Origin: Obrimoposthia wandeli | Taxonomy: Eukaryota | Assembly: GCA_977020255.1 (NCBI GenBank) | Contig: CDROCS010000669.1 | Location: 124,001-188,000 of the forward strand | Direction of reading: 5' to 3' | Length of the DNA stretch: 64,000 nucleotides | Shown here: piece after piece, positions 35,658 through 48,066 of the stretch | How positions within the stretch are numbered: the stretch's first letter is position 1 | Layout of the letters: each line of letters opens with the position of its first letter | The notes under the pieces: model-generated | The model's input: the letters and a program-made list of their open reading frames with translations, nothing else | Told to the model about the DNA's origin: nothing | Databases searched by the model: none | Program-made: the position numbers and the translations under genes

Positions 35658-37484
35658 TTATTCATCATTTCCCCCCTCATTTTCACTCTCACTTTCAATT
35701 TCACTTTCTTCTTCATCAGAATCATCATTTTCATAATCGCTATCGCTATCACTTTGGTCTTCATCGTCACTTTCTCCGATTTGATAGTCTTCGAGCGCTT
35801 GGACTTTGATCAACGCATCCTCCGAACCATCAAAAGCATTGAGCATACCACATTCAACGAATGCTTTCGTGATCTGCGCTAGACTATTCTCATTGAGAAA
35901 TTCTTTCCAAGATTCGCTGAGCCAAGTTGCATACAGAAATCGTCTTTCCCTAGCGTTGATTTCGCCGTTGACCCAACCATCGTGGTTGTCATCGAAGTGC
36001 TTGTTATATTTCTTCTTCATTCGATCTTTTATTGCTTTCCCCAATCCTCGATCTGTCACAGCACAGAGATCTGTGCAATCAGGAAGGGTATAAATTAACA
36101 AAGTATTTGAATCGCGGATCATTTTTTTAAATTCCGGAGAACATTGAGATCCAAGATTGTCCAGACCAAGGAGCTTTTCATTGCTGCCACGAGTTTGTTT
36201 CTCGAAATTGTGAGCGTATTCCAATGAGGTTGCGGTATCAAACCAGGCTTTCGGTTGATAATAAATTTCGACATCTTTTGGCATATTCTTTTGCTCAGCA
36301 TGGATACGTTTGTCATATGGGATACTCGGGTTGATAGTTCCGTCTTTAGATTTATGCGGTTTGAGTCGAAAACATATCCCAGGTTTGATACGTTGAGGTA
36401 AATCAGCACAAAAAGTTAACTGTAGCGTTGTTTGTCTTCGACTTTGATCAACTTTTGCTTGCTTTATTTGTACGACTCTTTTTCCTTTCTTTTCATAAGT
36501 ATCTTTGAGCGGTCCTCCGAATTCCAAAGGAATTTGATCGACGTGATATCTGTTGTTTGGGGAAAAACGTCCGTATTTTTCGTCTTGGCTCGGAGGAGGT
36601 TGACAAAATTGTTTCACAGTTCTGTGAAATTTTTGCACTTCTTTCATTCTTTCATGTGCAGTTTTTGGCTTTCCATTTGTTCTCATTCGTTTAGTGACTT
36701 GAAAACGTTTGCACCACCGCTGAACCCAACCTTGTGAAGCTTTGAAATTTTTTGCTTTCTCAATTTGTTCAGCATTCATCAATTCTTTGTATTCAGAAAC
36801 AAGCTTCTTCATCTTTGATTGGAGCCATTGTGATGAAACTTTCTTCGCATCAGCGCGCCTTTGACCGAAGAGGTCGTAAAGTTGTGATTCTTGTTTAGGA
36901 AACAATCCACGTTTATACTTTTCAAGACGTTCACCACTGACTTTTGCTTGACGAACAGTTGGATTAGAATCTGTAGCGTCTTTGGCAATCAACACTCGAT
37001 TTTTTTTGGTTGACCAGTTAGAAATTGTTCTAAAACTGACTGTTGGATGCTCAGCCTTGAATTTTTCTTCGAAACAAATTGGATGATCACGCCTCGTGGC
37101 TTCAAAAGAGAGTATAAGCGAAAATTTCTTTGAGTTGGAGAATCTGATTCTTATTTTGCATATTTGTTGTTTTGTTGGTGATCTTTTCTTTTTGTTATTG
37201 TTGGTCTTCTTTTTCTTCGGTTTGGGCGAAGAACTGATTCTGACTTCATGTTCAGACACGTTGGAATTTGAACTTGCGTTTTCGAACTTGTCAAGGTTGA
37301 GTTTGAGTTGTTTCCTCTTGTCTTTTCGTTGTTTGTGTCTGAATTTATTGTGTTGAGCCAAAGCACCCGAATTTGGAAAGATATAAGTGCAAGGTGAGCA
37401 AGATACGTTCTTTCTGCTTTCCTTTTCTGCTTGTTGAGCTCGTTGAGTTGCAGCTCCTTCTCTCATAGCGTCAAAGAACGACAT
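35658..37484 (-). CDS. Intact 608-aa pogo transposase: C2H2-like finger, CENP-B-type HTH, DD35D catalytic domain, acidic tail
   Basis: FKASQGWVQRWCKR (CENP-B HTH); HVDQIP, LGLDNL and AVTDRG with 35 residues between the last two Asp. Confidence 0.92.
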   Translation of the reverse strand: MSFFDAMREGAATQRAQQAEKESRKNVSCSPCTYIFPNSGALAQHNKFRHKQRKDKRKQLKLNLDKFENASSNSNVSEHEVRISSSPKPKKKKTNNNKKKRSPTKQQICKIRIRFSNSKKFSLILSFEATRRDHPICFEEKFKAEHPTVSFRTISNWSTKKNRVLIAKDATDSNPTVRQAKVSGERLEKYKRGLFPKQESQLYDLFGQRRADAKKVSSQWLQSKMKKLVSEYKELMNAEQIEKAKNFKASQGWVQRWCKRFQVTKRMRTNGKPKTAHERMKEVQKFHRTVKQFCQPPPSQDEKYGRFSPNNRYHVDQIPLEFGGPLKDTYEKKGKRVVQIKQAKVDQSRRQTTLQLTFCADLPQRIKPGICFRLKPHKSKDGTINPSIPYDKRIHAEQKNMPKDVEIYYQPKAWFDTATSLEYAHNFEKQTRGSNEKLLGLDNLGSQCSPEFKKMIRDSNTLLIYTLPDCTDLCAVTDRGLGKAIKDRMKKKYNKHFDDNHDGWVNGEINARERRFLYATWLSESWKEFLNENSLAQITKAFVECGMLNAFDGSEDALIKVQALEDYQIGESDDEDQSDSDSDYENDDSDEEESEIESESENEGGNDE

Positions 37485-38179
37485 TCTTGTGGTGAAAAGA
37501 AAGATTCTAAAGTAACCAGATTTACATAAATGTTCTATATAATACTAAAATTACCACCAACATTATATAATTTCGGTGGGTTATTAAATCCGGAGTTATA
37601 GAATGAAGTTTTAACTGGAGTAGCGCCTCGTTGGATTATCAAAAAATCTATAATGATATTGAATATATAATATCTTCGAATCTGTAAAAGGTTAAAAAGG
37701 GCTATAAACTTTTCATATTATATAAGTTATTAAATATCCATATAGGTATCTGAAAAATTTCAAGAAATTTTCTGTTTTTTATTTTTCGAGGTATTAAATC
37801 ATAAATACTTTAAATTAAATTAAATTTTGTAATATTATTTTTGCCTATTTACTATTTTAAATATAATTTTTGTATTAGAGTTAGTTTTTCTAGTTTAATC
37901 ATAGGATATAATTTTCATTTTAGGAGCAGTTTGACTTTAAAGTGCTATTCTACTTTTAGGAGGAGTAGTGCAGTAGTTTTCGGAGATTCATCTTACATAC
38001 ACACACTGGCCAAATGACTGAAAAAATGAATATATTTAGATCCACGACGCAAACAACTCCTTCAATAACGTATGAAACGATGTTCAAAGAAATTTCTTGA
38101 CCTAGAGGAGGCACATATGTAATGCGAAACAACAAATTGTAGGACAAAAAGTATCAAAGTAAAAAGAAACACTCAAAAC

Positions 38180-38342
38180 AAATGAAATCAACAAGTACAA
38201 ACAAAAAGTATCAAAGTTCAAAGAAAAAATCAAAACAAATGAAATCAACAAATACAAACAAAAAGTATCAAAGTTCAAAGCAACAATCAAAACAAATGAA
38301 ATCAACAAATACAGACAAAAAGTATCAAAGTTCAAAGCAAGA
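38180..38342. repeat. 57-bp tandem repeat (about 3 units) inside pogo copy 1
   Basis: Unit AAATGAAATCAACAAATACAGACAAAAAGTATCAAAGTTCAAAGCAACAATCAAAAC, visible as the 19-aa repeat in ORF 38182..38424. Confidence 0.9.
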
Positions 38343-39495
38343 ACCTTCTAAGAACGCAGAACAACGTTTGGCTAAAACACTTGCAAACCTGATCAAGAAT
38401 AAATGTTTTTTAGCCGCACAATAAATCGAGAAGGAAATTATCGAGTTGAACACCACATATAAATGTATCTGAACATATGTAATTAATGTAAGTAAACATC
38501 TTTTCAGGATTTTAAGTTCTTGTTTGAATATTCGACTGTACTCTTACAGGCGAGACTTTTAAATAATGCATCTATAAGTGATTCGGTGTCGGTCTCTCTC
38601 AAAAACATGTTTTAATGAATACCCTTACAGGTGAATAATTACTGTATCAAGATGCTTTTGGTGAATCTGGGCTTCTGAAATCAGGATTCACACATCATCA
38701 ATACATTTTTAACAGACAAAATTTCTTATAAAAAATATATCTTTGTAAACTCAAATTTAGGAGAAACAATAATGAAATATTTTAAACAGACTAATAATTT
38801 ATTTAAAGAAACTATCAAAAATGGTGGAAAGGTTTTAGTATGCGATCATTATGGTAGTTTACTTGCTGTTTGTATTGTTATTGTATTTTTCCTCTTTCAA
38901 TGGATGTTACTGCCGCTTCCAATTTAGTTAAAGCTAAACGGAGTATTACTTCTCCTAGTGAATCTTTGTTTAATCAAATACATATTTTAATCATTATCGT
39001 GAAGATATTTAATCTTTTTATTATTCCTTATGAGTTAATGTCGTTGTTAGTATTCTTTATAGTTTTTTTTGTTATTTAGTGTTTTTGTTAGTTAGTGTCT
39101 TTATTAGACAGTGTCTTTATTAATCAGCATCAAATCAAATTTTAGCTTTATAGTATATAGACAATGTTTTTCCTACTTCATTACTATGTCTAAATATTTC
39201 AAGCAAGATCTTGACTAAGCAGTGAAAAGGTTCATCTTGAAAAATCTCATTAAAGAAGATGTCTTGAGACTCATTGAAGCAATGGATTTGCCCATAAAAA
39301 ATTATGTAATAAGAATGATTCACAACAATGCCGTTGAGCGACTAATCCTGGACTATAATCAAAGGAAACATTAGAGCTTTTTCTGAAGAAGAGATTTTTA
39401 ATATTATTTATTGGTGGATGTATTATAATAAAATATCTTAAATAACTGTTTTTTTGCATTGGGCTCAACTGTATTTATTATTTCATTATTGTAAA

Positions 39496-39800
39496 ATGGA
39501 ATTCATTCAAATGAAGAAGCTCGTCACAAACATAGAGGAGAATATCAGAAAATATACAAAGAAAGGAGACCTACGAAAGAAGTGTTTGAACGAGAATTTG
39601 TATGCTGATGTCGCAAAGAAGTGGAGATTCAGGACAGACAGCTTGCTGAACAAAGAATAGTCTTGGATTGGAATAAGAAGGTGGAATAGGAGAAACGACA
39701 ATTGGCAGGAAAAAGAAAGGTGGAGATAGAGGATAAACACATAGATGAAAGAAAAAGGATCCACCAAATTCAACCTCAAGATAGTCCTTTGGCTAAAAAA
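39496..39800 (+). pseudogene. Charged coiled-coil accessory ORF, copy 2
   Basis: MEFIQMKKL...NENLYADVAKKW; nucleotide homology with 34616-34891 extends into the 3' flank. Confidence 0.55.
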
Positions 39801-40244
39801 TAAATTTTATAAAAATATGTTTCTTTTGAGTTTATTTTACTATTACTTCTCGGTATTATTTTGTTGACTAAAAAATTTGACTTACAAATACTAAATATAA
39901 ACAATTTTATATATAAGGTTTCTATAAGATTGATGATAAAATAAATTGGAATAAATTATACATTAAATTGTCTCCTAATTTAATGGAAGATTATGAGAAA
40001 AAAAATCAATTAACGACACTCCAGAAATTGTTACAGATAAAAAATAAAATTTACTTTCAAAATATTTAGGTAGGATTACATTTCATATAATTTATTTTAA
40101 TATTCATAGAAGAATTGAAAATATATTGCAACATTAACGAAAAAAAATTAATACGTTTAATTATTTTGATGTCGTAATACATTTTTATTTATAGTTATAG
40201 TTTATTGTTATAAACAAAGCCATGTACGTTATATTTGGGTATTT

Positions 40245-40600
40245 ATGCAAGAATATTTTATTGACTTTGAGGCTTTCATAAATAAAATGGAGATTATATT
40301 ATAAAATAATAATGTATTATGAATGAATGTGATGTTTTTCGTATGTATTTTTGATAAAATGAAATCTAATTTTGATATTGAAAATGTACTTTTTTATGTT
40401 TTAGATGAAATGAATGGTATAAAGTAAAAGACATTAAAAAATATTTTCCAAAAATTGATATTGAATACCTTAAATATTTCACTTGATCATCTATTAAAAA
40501 TTCCAAGAAATATTTGCTGTCCATATCGTGAACACGGTAAACATTGCGCATATAAAACGTGTATAAGTCTACCTGACATGCAATTAAACAATCCATCTAC
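40245..40600 (+). pseudogene. DEDD-like nuclease accessory gene of element B
   Basis: EYFIDFEAF...CCPYREHGKHCAYKTC. Confidence 0.55.
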
Positions 40601-40721
40601 TTACAGGAATAAAATAAATGAAAATAAATATTTTCAGTCAATAATATAAGATCATGTATAAATTTTGTATATAAGCTCTAACATTTTTTAATTTCAATCA
40701 CCGATTTTTGAAATTATGAAT

Positions 40722-43700
40722 ATGGTAAGAACATTATATTTTTTATTCTTTATTAAGATTTATTATTATAAATTACTTGCAACTTGTTCCCAGCGTATTG
40801 TAGTGCTTCGGCTCTACATGGAGCAAAAATCTGTCATACGACAATGTCTGCATACTATCGGACAACGTCTTATGGACAGGTTTATTACGTCTGCTTGTTC
40901 TGCAGAACGATAGAGTACAAGGTTTATCCGGTTTTCTTTGATAAACATTGTACTCACTTGTCAAACTTCAGAATCAACAATAAGAAAAAGAGCATGATCC
41001 TATTGGTGAGAAATTCTTTGAATGGTCTAGCCCAGGGTTTCTCAACGGGGGCCCTGGGGCCCCCTGGGGGGCCACACAATTTGCCAGGGGGCCACACGAG
41101 CCAAACAAAAATAAAAAATTAACACCCCTGTTTTCACTGGGTTAAACACTTCGATGGCTGCACACGTGTGCCACAAATAAATGTTTGACATGGAATAAAA
41201 ACAGAGTATAGACTTCTAGATACATATGGTCGCGACGCGTCAACTTATTGCGTGGGCGTATCAGCCCAATGAGGGCCGACGGTGAAACATCATAATATGC
41301 CTTTGCAAAAATATCATCGCGCTACAAAAGTTTGTGTGGCGGATGTGGCATGTGCATAATCATCATCCTGAGTAATCTATGGACTAAAATCAGTAATTGT
41401 AATAGTATAATTGAAAACAATACGTATACGATGTAATCTTTTTGTCCATAGTAGAGGGGGGCCACAGCAATTTGCTGCAAACTAAAGGGGGCCATGGTGA
41501 AAAAAGGTTGAGAAACCCTGGTCTAGCCATTCAGCAGCAGTTAGACTCCAACCTGATTTTGGTCCGGAAAACGCCCTGCCTGTCGCCCCTCCTGTATCTA
41601 CACCTGTAGTTGACTCATTCACTCAACTCTCGAACAATGACTGGATGGATCAAATCACGCAGTCAGATCTCGAGATGAAGCAGAATTAGTGGAGCGACAA
41701 CAACTGGTTGGACGAAATCGACGAATCCGATTTCCAGTTAACCTATGAAAGCTGGATTGATGCTGTCGATGAAGAAGACTTCCAACCAGCTGCAGTTGGA
41801 TCGGCTTCATTATGTTTTAGATGTCATTATTTGTTATGATTAAAAAAAGAAGTCAAATGATTTATTAAATATTGCTAATTTTATAAGGAAATTCCTTGAG
41901 ACCAGCAATGCCGTCCACTACTACAGCTGCAAGACCCTCCTCTGAAAGTGCCTACATCTATGTTCGCAAGTCTCAAAGGTAATGCTTAAGATAAATATAT
42001 TTTAGTCAGCAGTTGCATTATCGGCTTCCACAGCAGTTTCATCCCGAGCTTCCTTGATGGTAATGGCACAATCATCGATGATGGCGTCAAGGGCAACTTT
42101 GACTGGATTAATAGGTTATTTATAAATTAAATAAGATATTTATTGTTTTTTTCAACAACTACGTCTTCAACACATCATTATCAATGGTAACACCTGCAAC
42201 CACATCTTCTTTATCAGCCGCAATAGCTTCACAATCATTTGAAACATCAGCACTCATTCCATCGACATCAGCATCACCATCTACATCAGACGCTGTCCCT
42301 TTGACTCCAGCAGATCCATCAAGAAATTCAGCAAGAATATTTAATAAAACTAGTGGTCTTCCAGTTCAATTAGGGAGAGCTGTGTCAGCGATAGTAGGTA
42401 GAAATAGATGAGATCAATTTCTGAATAAGGCCTTACCAAAAAAACGTATGGAAAACGGAGTTACTACAGAGTACAACCATGGCTAATAAAATTTTATTAA
42501 ACGTAAGTGTAGATTCAAATATTAAAAATATTTTAAAATCAGAAGTGACTAAATTAGGATAGGCTAAGGTTCAGTTTTATGCAACAGTGCAGTTTAAGAA
42601 TGTCAATGAGGAAACGGAAACTTGGGTAATTTCACACAAAGCTACGGTTTTCTACGATAATGTTGTAACAGAGATTGGAAAAAATCTAGATGAAAAGATA
42701 GCTAATTATAGCGAGTTAAGTAGTGGATAGACTCTAGTTAGAATTCACGATGTTATCATTGCTTTATCAAAGTTCAACATAATAATAAATTCTACGATGC
42801 AGCAATTCCCAATTTAGATCGTCTTCTAAATTTAGATAATGGAGCCTTACCGGTTAGAATAAGGTGTAAGCGGTGTCATATATGTTTGCATGGATTCTGA
42901 TCTGAGTTCTCTTATATCAAACATTTGATGTTATATACACTGAATCTTGATGACAATACGCTATGCATGCCTAAAGATCAAGATTTAAAATTCAGTGGTT
43001 GGGCAAAATGCATACCCGTGGAATTCAGGTTGTATGCAGGTTTTGAGTCAATTCTAGCATTGCACGACCAGTATGAGAGTATTCACATATCGGCTTCGAT
43101 AGGACTATTATTTTTAGGCCCCAAAATAACTCAGTATCATAAATTTTCCTGTTCAAATTGAAATTTAGATTTTATGTTAAAATTAGAAGAATTCGGAATC
43201 AATATTGTCAAACCGTGGTATGATCTTAATGCTCATCAAGCAATGATCATGACAGGCATAGACTGGGTTAATTTTAATTATAGCAGATCATGTTATTTGT
43301 GTGGTACCCAGTCTAAGTTAGTCAGAGATCACGATCATGTTACGGGGCGATACTTGGGAATAGCGTGCAACCTCTGAAACCTTGGCGGTCGACTCCTTAA
43401 AATACCCCGCATTCCCATCGTGTTTCATAACCTCAAAGGATATGATTTGCATCATATACTTAAATACGCGTTAGGTACATTAAGCTATTGGGAAATTTCT
43501 TGTATAATTTCTGAATTCTGCAGTTTAAGATTTATAGATTCTCTACAGTTTTCGAGTGGGTCTTTAAAAATTTTAACGACATTTTTAAATGCATGGCCAA
43601 TTACACAGTCAATGTTCCCAGCTTCAATTATTGATAAGGGGATTGTTCCGTATAAATTTGCGAAAACCTTCGCAGATTTACAAAATACTACAGAAATCTC

Positions 43701-45256
43701 ACCACAACTGAATTTGAGGGTGTAAGTCTTCAAGACTATAATGAGGCCCGTACATTTTGGGCGAATAATTGTCGAAATCTTTTAGAATATATGCTTTATT
43801 ATATGAAGTTAGACATTTATCTTTTAGCTGATTTGTTTGAGTCCTTTTGTGTGAAATCTTTATCAAAATGGGTTAGATCCCATGCATTTCTTTAGTTTAC
43901 CTGGTCTTTCATGGGCAATAGCAATAAAAACTCTTATGATTAATGTCGAGTTACTGCAAGATCCTGCGATGTATCAAATGTATGACAAAATCAATCCACG
44001 GAGTTTCTGTACATCGAAATTAATAATTTTTATGTGGGGGCGCTTACTCAACCTCAATCACATGCCAACTTTAAGTGGGTGTATGATGTGGAAGAGTTGA
44101 ATAAATTGATGATAGATTTGGCTACTGTTGATAAACTTTCATAAAACATCGGCTATTTGGTTGAGGTCGATTTAATAATCCCTCCCAATGTACATGATAA
44201 ATTGGATGGTCTTCTATTGGCACTTGTTCATCAATGTCCACTTAATTGAAAGGCTAAGAAATTAATTTTAACTCATGAAGACAAGTTAAATTATGTGGTG
44301 CATTAGCGGCTTCTTCAATTCTACTTAAGGTTAGGAGCAAAGGTCACTCGAGTTCATCGGCTATAAGCTCCAGACAAAACTTTCTGTTTAAGGAATATAT
44401 TGAGAAGAATTCTAGAAAACGTAATTTGGCCACTAGCAAATTCGATCGGGATATTTACAAATTAAAAAGTAATAGTCTCTTTGGAAAAACTGTAGAGGAC
44501 TTGCGGAAACGTATTTGTCTACGGTTTTGCAATGATGAGCGTAAACTAATAACATATACTAGCAAATACAACTTCAAGCGTAGTTTTACAATTGCATATG
44601 ACTTGGTAGCAGTGTTATTAGGAAAACAGAGTATTTGTATCCATCGACCGAGTTAAATAGGTAAAACTATTTTAGATATTTCAAAACTCAGAATGTATGA
44701 GCTCCAATATATTGAATTAGAGAAATATCGCTACGAATTCAATGGTGAGATCAAAATCGCAGCTGGGGAAACTGATTCTTTCTTTTAGAATGTAGAAATG
44801 TTACTTTACAAAATCAATTATTACCGGTAATGTTTAGGGATAACTTACTTGATACCCATGAATAACTTACTTGATACCCATAAATATCCCGTTAATCATC
44901 TTCTACACTATGAGTTTAAAAGATTTTATCGAAAGGTTTAAGGATGAAAGCGAGGGTCAGGTTTCATATGATGATTGTACTTTCCTACGTCCTAAATGCT
45001 ACAGTTTACATGCATCTAATAATACATGTTCAATGAGAGCTAAAGGTTTTTAAGAAGAAACAATCTTACACATGAGGCCTACGGAAACGTTTATGATAAA
45101 AAGTATTGTATTGAAAGCATTGAGCAAACTAGCTCTGTTTCAAGAGCCTATCAACTGTATTTCGATAAATCAACAAAAATCGCTTTGAGTAGTAATGACA
45201 AACGCTTTTGGGTAGAAAAGCACGCTAGCCTGGCTTATGGACAGTTCCGAATTTAA
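40722..45256 (+). pseudogene. Intron-containing protein-primed PolB of element B
   Basis: Colinear with A. Motifs RDHDHVTGRY, FHNLKGYD, HFFSLPGLSW, KLKSNSLFGK, AGETDS. Many stops and frameshifts, plus a hAT MITE in the 5' part. Confidence 0.92.
41033..41520. mobile_element. hAT (Charlie/Buster-type) MITE, 488 bp
   Basis: 14-bp TIR CAGGGTTTCTCAAC / GTTGAGAAACCCTG, 8-bp TSD GTCTAGCC (41025-41032 and 41521-41528), and GGGGGCCAC subterminal repeats. Confidence 0.95.
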
Positions 45257-45526
45257 ACAGTTTTCTTAATTTAATTTATTTTGTTAAGTTTTTTTAAATT
45301 TTAGATCCCTATGGCACCTCGACTCTAATTTTTTGTCATCTCGATATTTTTTTAGGTTTGGCCTTATCTTTGCTGACCTTGTGATATTTTGATGAATAAA
45401 TGTATATAAAATTTTTCTTATGTCTTTTATTATTATTCATATTTTGTCCTTATCTTTTATTCATATTTTGTAAGGTTTTTAAAAATAATTCAAAACAAAA
45501 CATGTTTTTTAAAATGTTTATTATTA

Positions 45527-45770
45527 TAACACATTAACCGTTTTGTAAAGATAACTATAAAATACATAAATGTCCACAGTTTCTCGTTGCTGGATCCTGG
45601 TATTGTATCTTGTTGTAAAATACTTTTCCTCGTCCTTTTAAACAGTTGAAACAAACTCATCTAGATAATACGTTGCTAGTGGACCAAATACATGTAATAC
45701 ATGTAATACTCTTTAACATACATAGCTATACAATGCTCTCCTGGTAAATTATAAGTGTGAGTATATCAAT
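45527..45770 (-). pseudogene. Adenain-like protease remnant of element B (5' part deleted)
   Basis: Nucleotide colinearity with 21257-21490; LPGEHCIAMY. Confidence 0.8.
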
Positions 45771-45789
45771 ATAGATCCGAATCAAATAC

Positions 45790-46408
45790 TCCGTAAATAA
45801 GCACTGTAGTAGGATTTGTTAAAGCTGCATTGAACTTAATTTCTGGTCGTTAATTTCCATCCTTTGGTAGTTGGTATTGGTTTATATCCAAAACATATAT
45901 GAAGAACGGACAACTGCTTTTAAACTCAGTGAAAGAAATACTTTTGTTTATATTTTATCTAATTGACCCATATTTCGAATAATTGTTTGCGTATAAGGGC
46001 ATAGGCATTACTTTCGAATTATGTTTTATAGGTTTCGTGATAATCGTTGTTTCTTGAAAGTGTCACTGAACCTACATTTAGATTGGCAGATTGTATTACA
46101 TATGTCGTATAATTTCCTAGAAACTGTGCAGTTTTTTTTAAAATGAAATTAAAATGAATTTCAACAATCTTAGATCACCAAAAATATGATCCTTATTAAA
46201 AGTTTGTGTACCCGTGCCCAAAGAGTATAATATAAGTTTAGTTTCTGTAATAGGATAAAAAGCATTGTTTTTTCATTTCTATATTATTGCTCGGTTATAA
46301 CTCTTCATACACATAGTTTTGTATTAAAAATATCAAGTCTAGGTTAAGAACGTATGTGCTGATCAAAGAAAAATTCCATTATTGCGTTTCAAACGAAGAT
46401 GTACATTA
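45790..46408 (-). pseudogene. MCP C-terminal half of element B, truncated at 46408
   Basis: Matches A 21680-22050 and additionally retains NAFYPITETKLILYSLGTGTQTFNKDHIFGD. Confidence 0.8.
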
Positions 46409-47065
46409 AGTAGGGAGAAGTGATGACTTTGACTCAAGGCAATAGGTCTCCCTCGACAGGAAAGATTCTCCCAAGTACGATGGGCATTGCGCCAAGTACG
46501 CCAAGGTCAAGGTCATTTGAAGGTCATTCTTTTGTTTTAACGAGTCAAGATCATTTTTGTGTAAACGCATCAATATTTGTGAGCGCCAAATCCAAATTTT
46601 CAAGGTCAAATTTAAAAAAAAAGTATTTTTGGCTAATTTTCAAAATATTTTCGAAAAGATGATATTGTTTAAATTTTCAAAAAACTCAAAATTTCCAAAA
46701 AACTTAAAAACTTCTAAATATTTATATTTTGTATTACTTTTAATAACAAGTAACAAGTATTTTTCAAAATCCTATCTTAGTGTTTTATATTATATTCCAA
46801 AATTTTCATCATAAAGATTTTATGTTTAAATACATCAATTTCATTACATATTATTCAAACAAATGTGATCTATCTTAATGATAATACATTATTTAATTTT
46901 AATCAGGTCAATGCATCCAGGTTATTATATACCATGTGTATTTTATTTTAATAGGAATTTTATAATATTATCCATTGTTTTTTAAAAAGATAATTGGTTT
47001 TAACAGATCAATGAAATCAATTAGGCTAAGAATAATTTTTTTAGTTTCATTTCATTATTGATAAA

Positions 47066-47254
47066 ATGGAATTCAAGAGAGAAAAGTTATTAAACGACCT
47101 AATGAACAGCGAGAAGCACTCTCTAGCAGAAAAGTGCTATCTAGCAGAAGGGTTGATGCTCCGGGAGTCTCTTGAAGTAGAAGAGATCCCGGGCTTCATT
47201 GGTTGGTCACCAAATGGCCATCCACTCATACTGCCACATAAAGACTGGCAGTGA
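47066..47254 (+). CDS. Small 62-aa ORF of unknown function, possibly Polinton accessory
   Basis: ATG-initiated, locally GC-richer than its surroundings; no motif recognised. Confidence 0.3.
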   Translation: MEFKREKLLNDLMNSEKHSLAEKCYLAEGLMLRESLEVEEIPGFIGWSPNGHPLILPHKDWQ

Positions 47255-47606
47255 GTCCTTAACACACATGCACAAACAAGTCCTCATTAGGACTACACAA
47301 GAAAGGGATGGGAGGGCTTCTAACTTTTTGTTAGAGTATTTTGGAGGATCTTAAAAAGTTGTATATAATAATATTTTTTAAATCTTTAACTTCTTACAAC
47401 TAAAAGTAGCAAACTATTTACTAATTAGAAATTAAATTCTATTTTTTTTTCTAATTTTATTTAAATATTCATCAAAATAAGTAGTATATACTAAACTTTA
47501 GCAAAATAAATTTTATTTCACATTGTGTTTTAATCATCAAAAATATCAATTAGAGAGAAAATACTATAAAATAGAAATTTTTTAGCTACACTTCGTTATT
47601 TCAAAA

Positions 47607-47986
47607 ATGGATTTTTCAGAAATGAAGAGGCTATTGGCACTGATAGAGAAGAATTATAAGAAAAACTCAAGAAAGGAGACCTGCATAAGCAAGTTTTGTA
47701 TCTTAATTTGTTTGAGATCGTTAAAGCAGAGTGGAATGAGAAGTTAGAATTTATCAAACTACGAGAAGCTAAAACAAGAAGGATCCTGGAATGGAACAAG
47801 AAGTTAAAATTAGAGAATAGAGAATTGACAGAAAAAAGGAAGGTCATGGCAGAAGAAAAACGCAGAGCTAAAAGGAGGGAGCTGATGTTGCTGGGTATAC
47901 AGCAAGAGACGCAGAAAAGGGGTCTACACAACAAGATGAATAAGCCCCTTCTACTGAACAATAAATATTGGCTTTTATCTATTTAA
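47607..47986 (+). pseudogene. Charged coiled-coil accessory ORF, copy 3 (one frameshift)
   Basis: MDFSEMKRL...YLNLFEIVKAEWNEKLEF...LTEKRKV. Confidence 0.55.
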
Positions 47987-48066
47987 TTAATGTTCAAATA
48001 TTAGCAATTTTTATATTATTATTTTTCATGAGTAGTGTGTCTGTTTTAAAAATATTTAAATATGTA

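Larger units (their letters stand above)
35511..38644 (-). mobile_element. pogo-superfamily DNA transposon, copy 1 (3134 bp)
   Basis: ~23-bp TIR CAGTAATTATT(T/C)ACCT(A/G)TAAGGG and TA TSD (35509-35510, 38645-38646). The flanks rejoin in the phosphatase reading frame. Confidence 0.95.
35401..39002 (+). pseudogene. Dual-specificity-phosphatase-like cargo gene of element B, split by a pogo insertion
   Basis: SEILVNQLYIDNY | QDAFGESGLL...NGGKVLVCDHYGSLLAVCIV...VKAKRS; homologous to 61996..62412. Confidence 0.75.
32916..46408. mobile_element. Polinton element B (same family and gene order as A, decayed, right part missing)
   Basis: Colinear with A from 39.9 kb: unknown ORF, nuclease, PolB (+), then protease and MCP (-). 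Left part is homologous to the right end of element C. The left end is tentative (AGTAGATAGGATCTAGTCAGG at 32916 resembles the A terminus). Confidence 0.8.

Noticed and set aside
46046-46335. Apparent 290-bp insertion in the element B capsid gene
   Set aside because: It translates as the MCP middle region, so it is a deletion in A instead.
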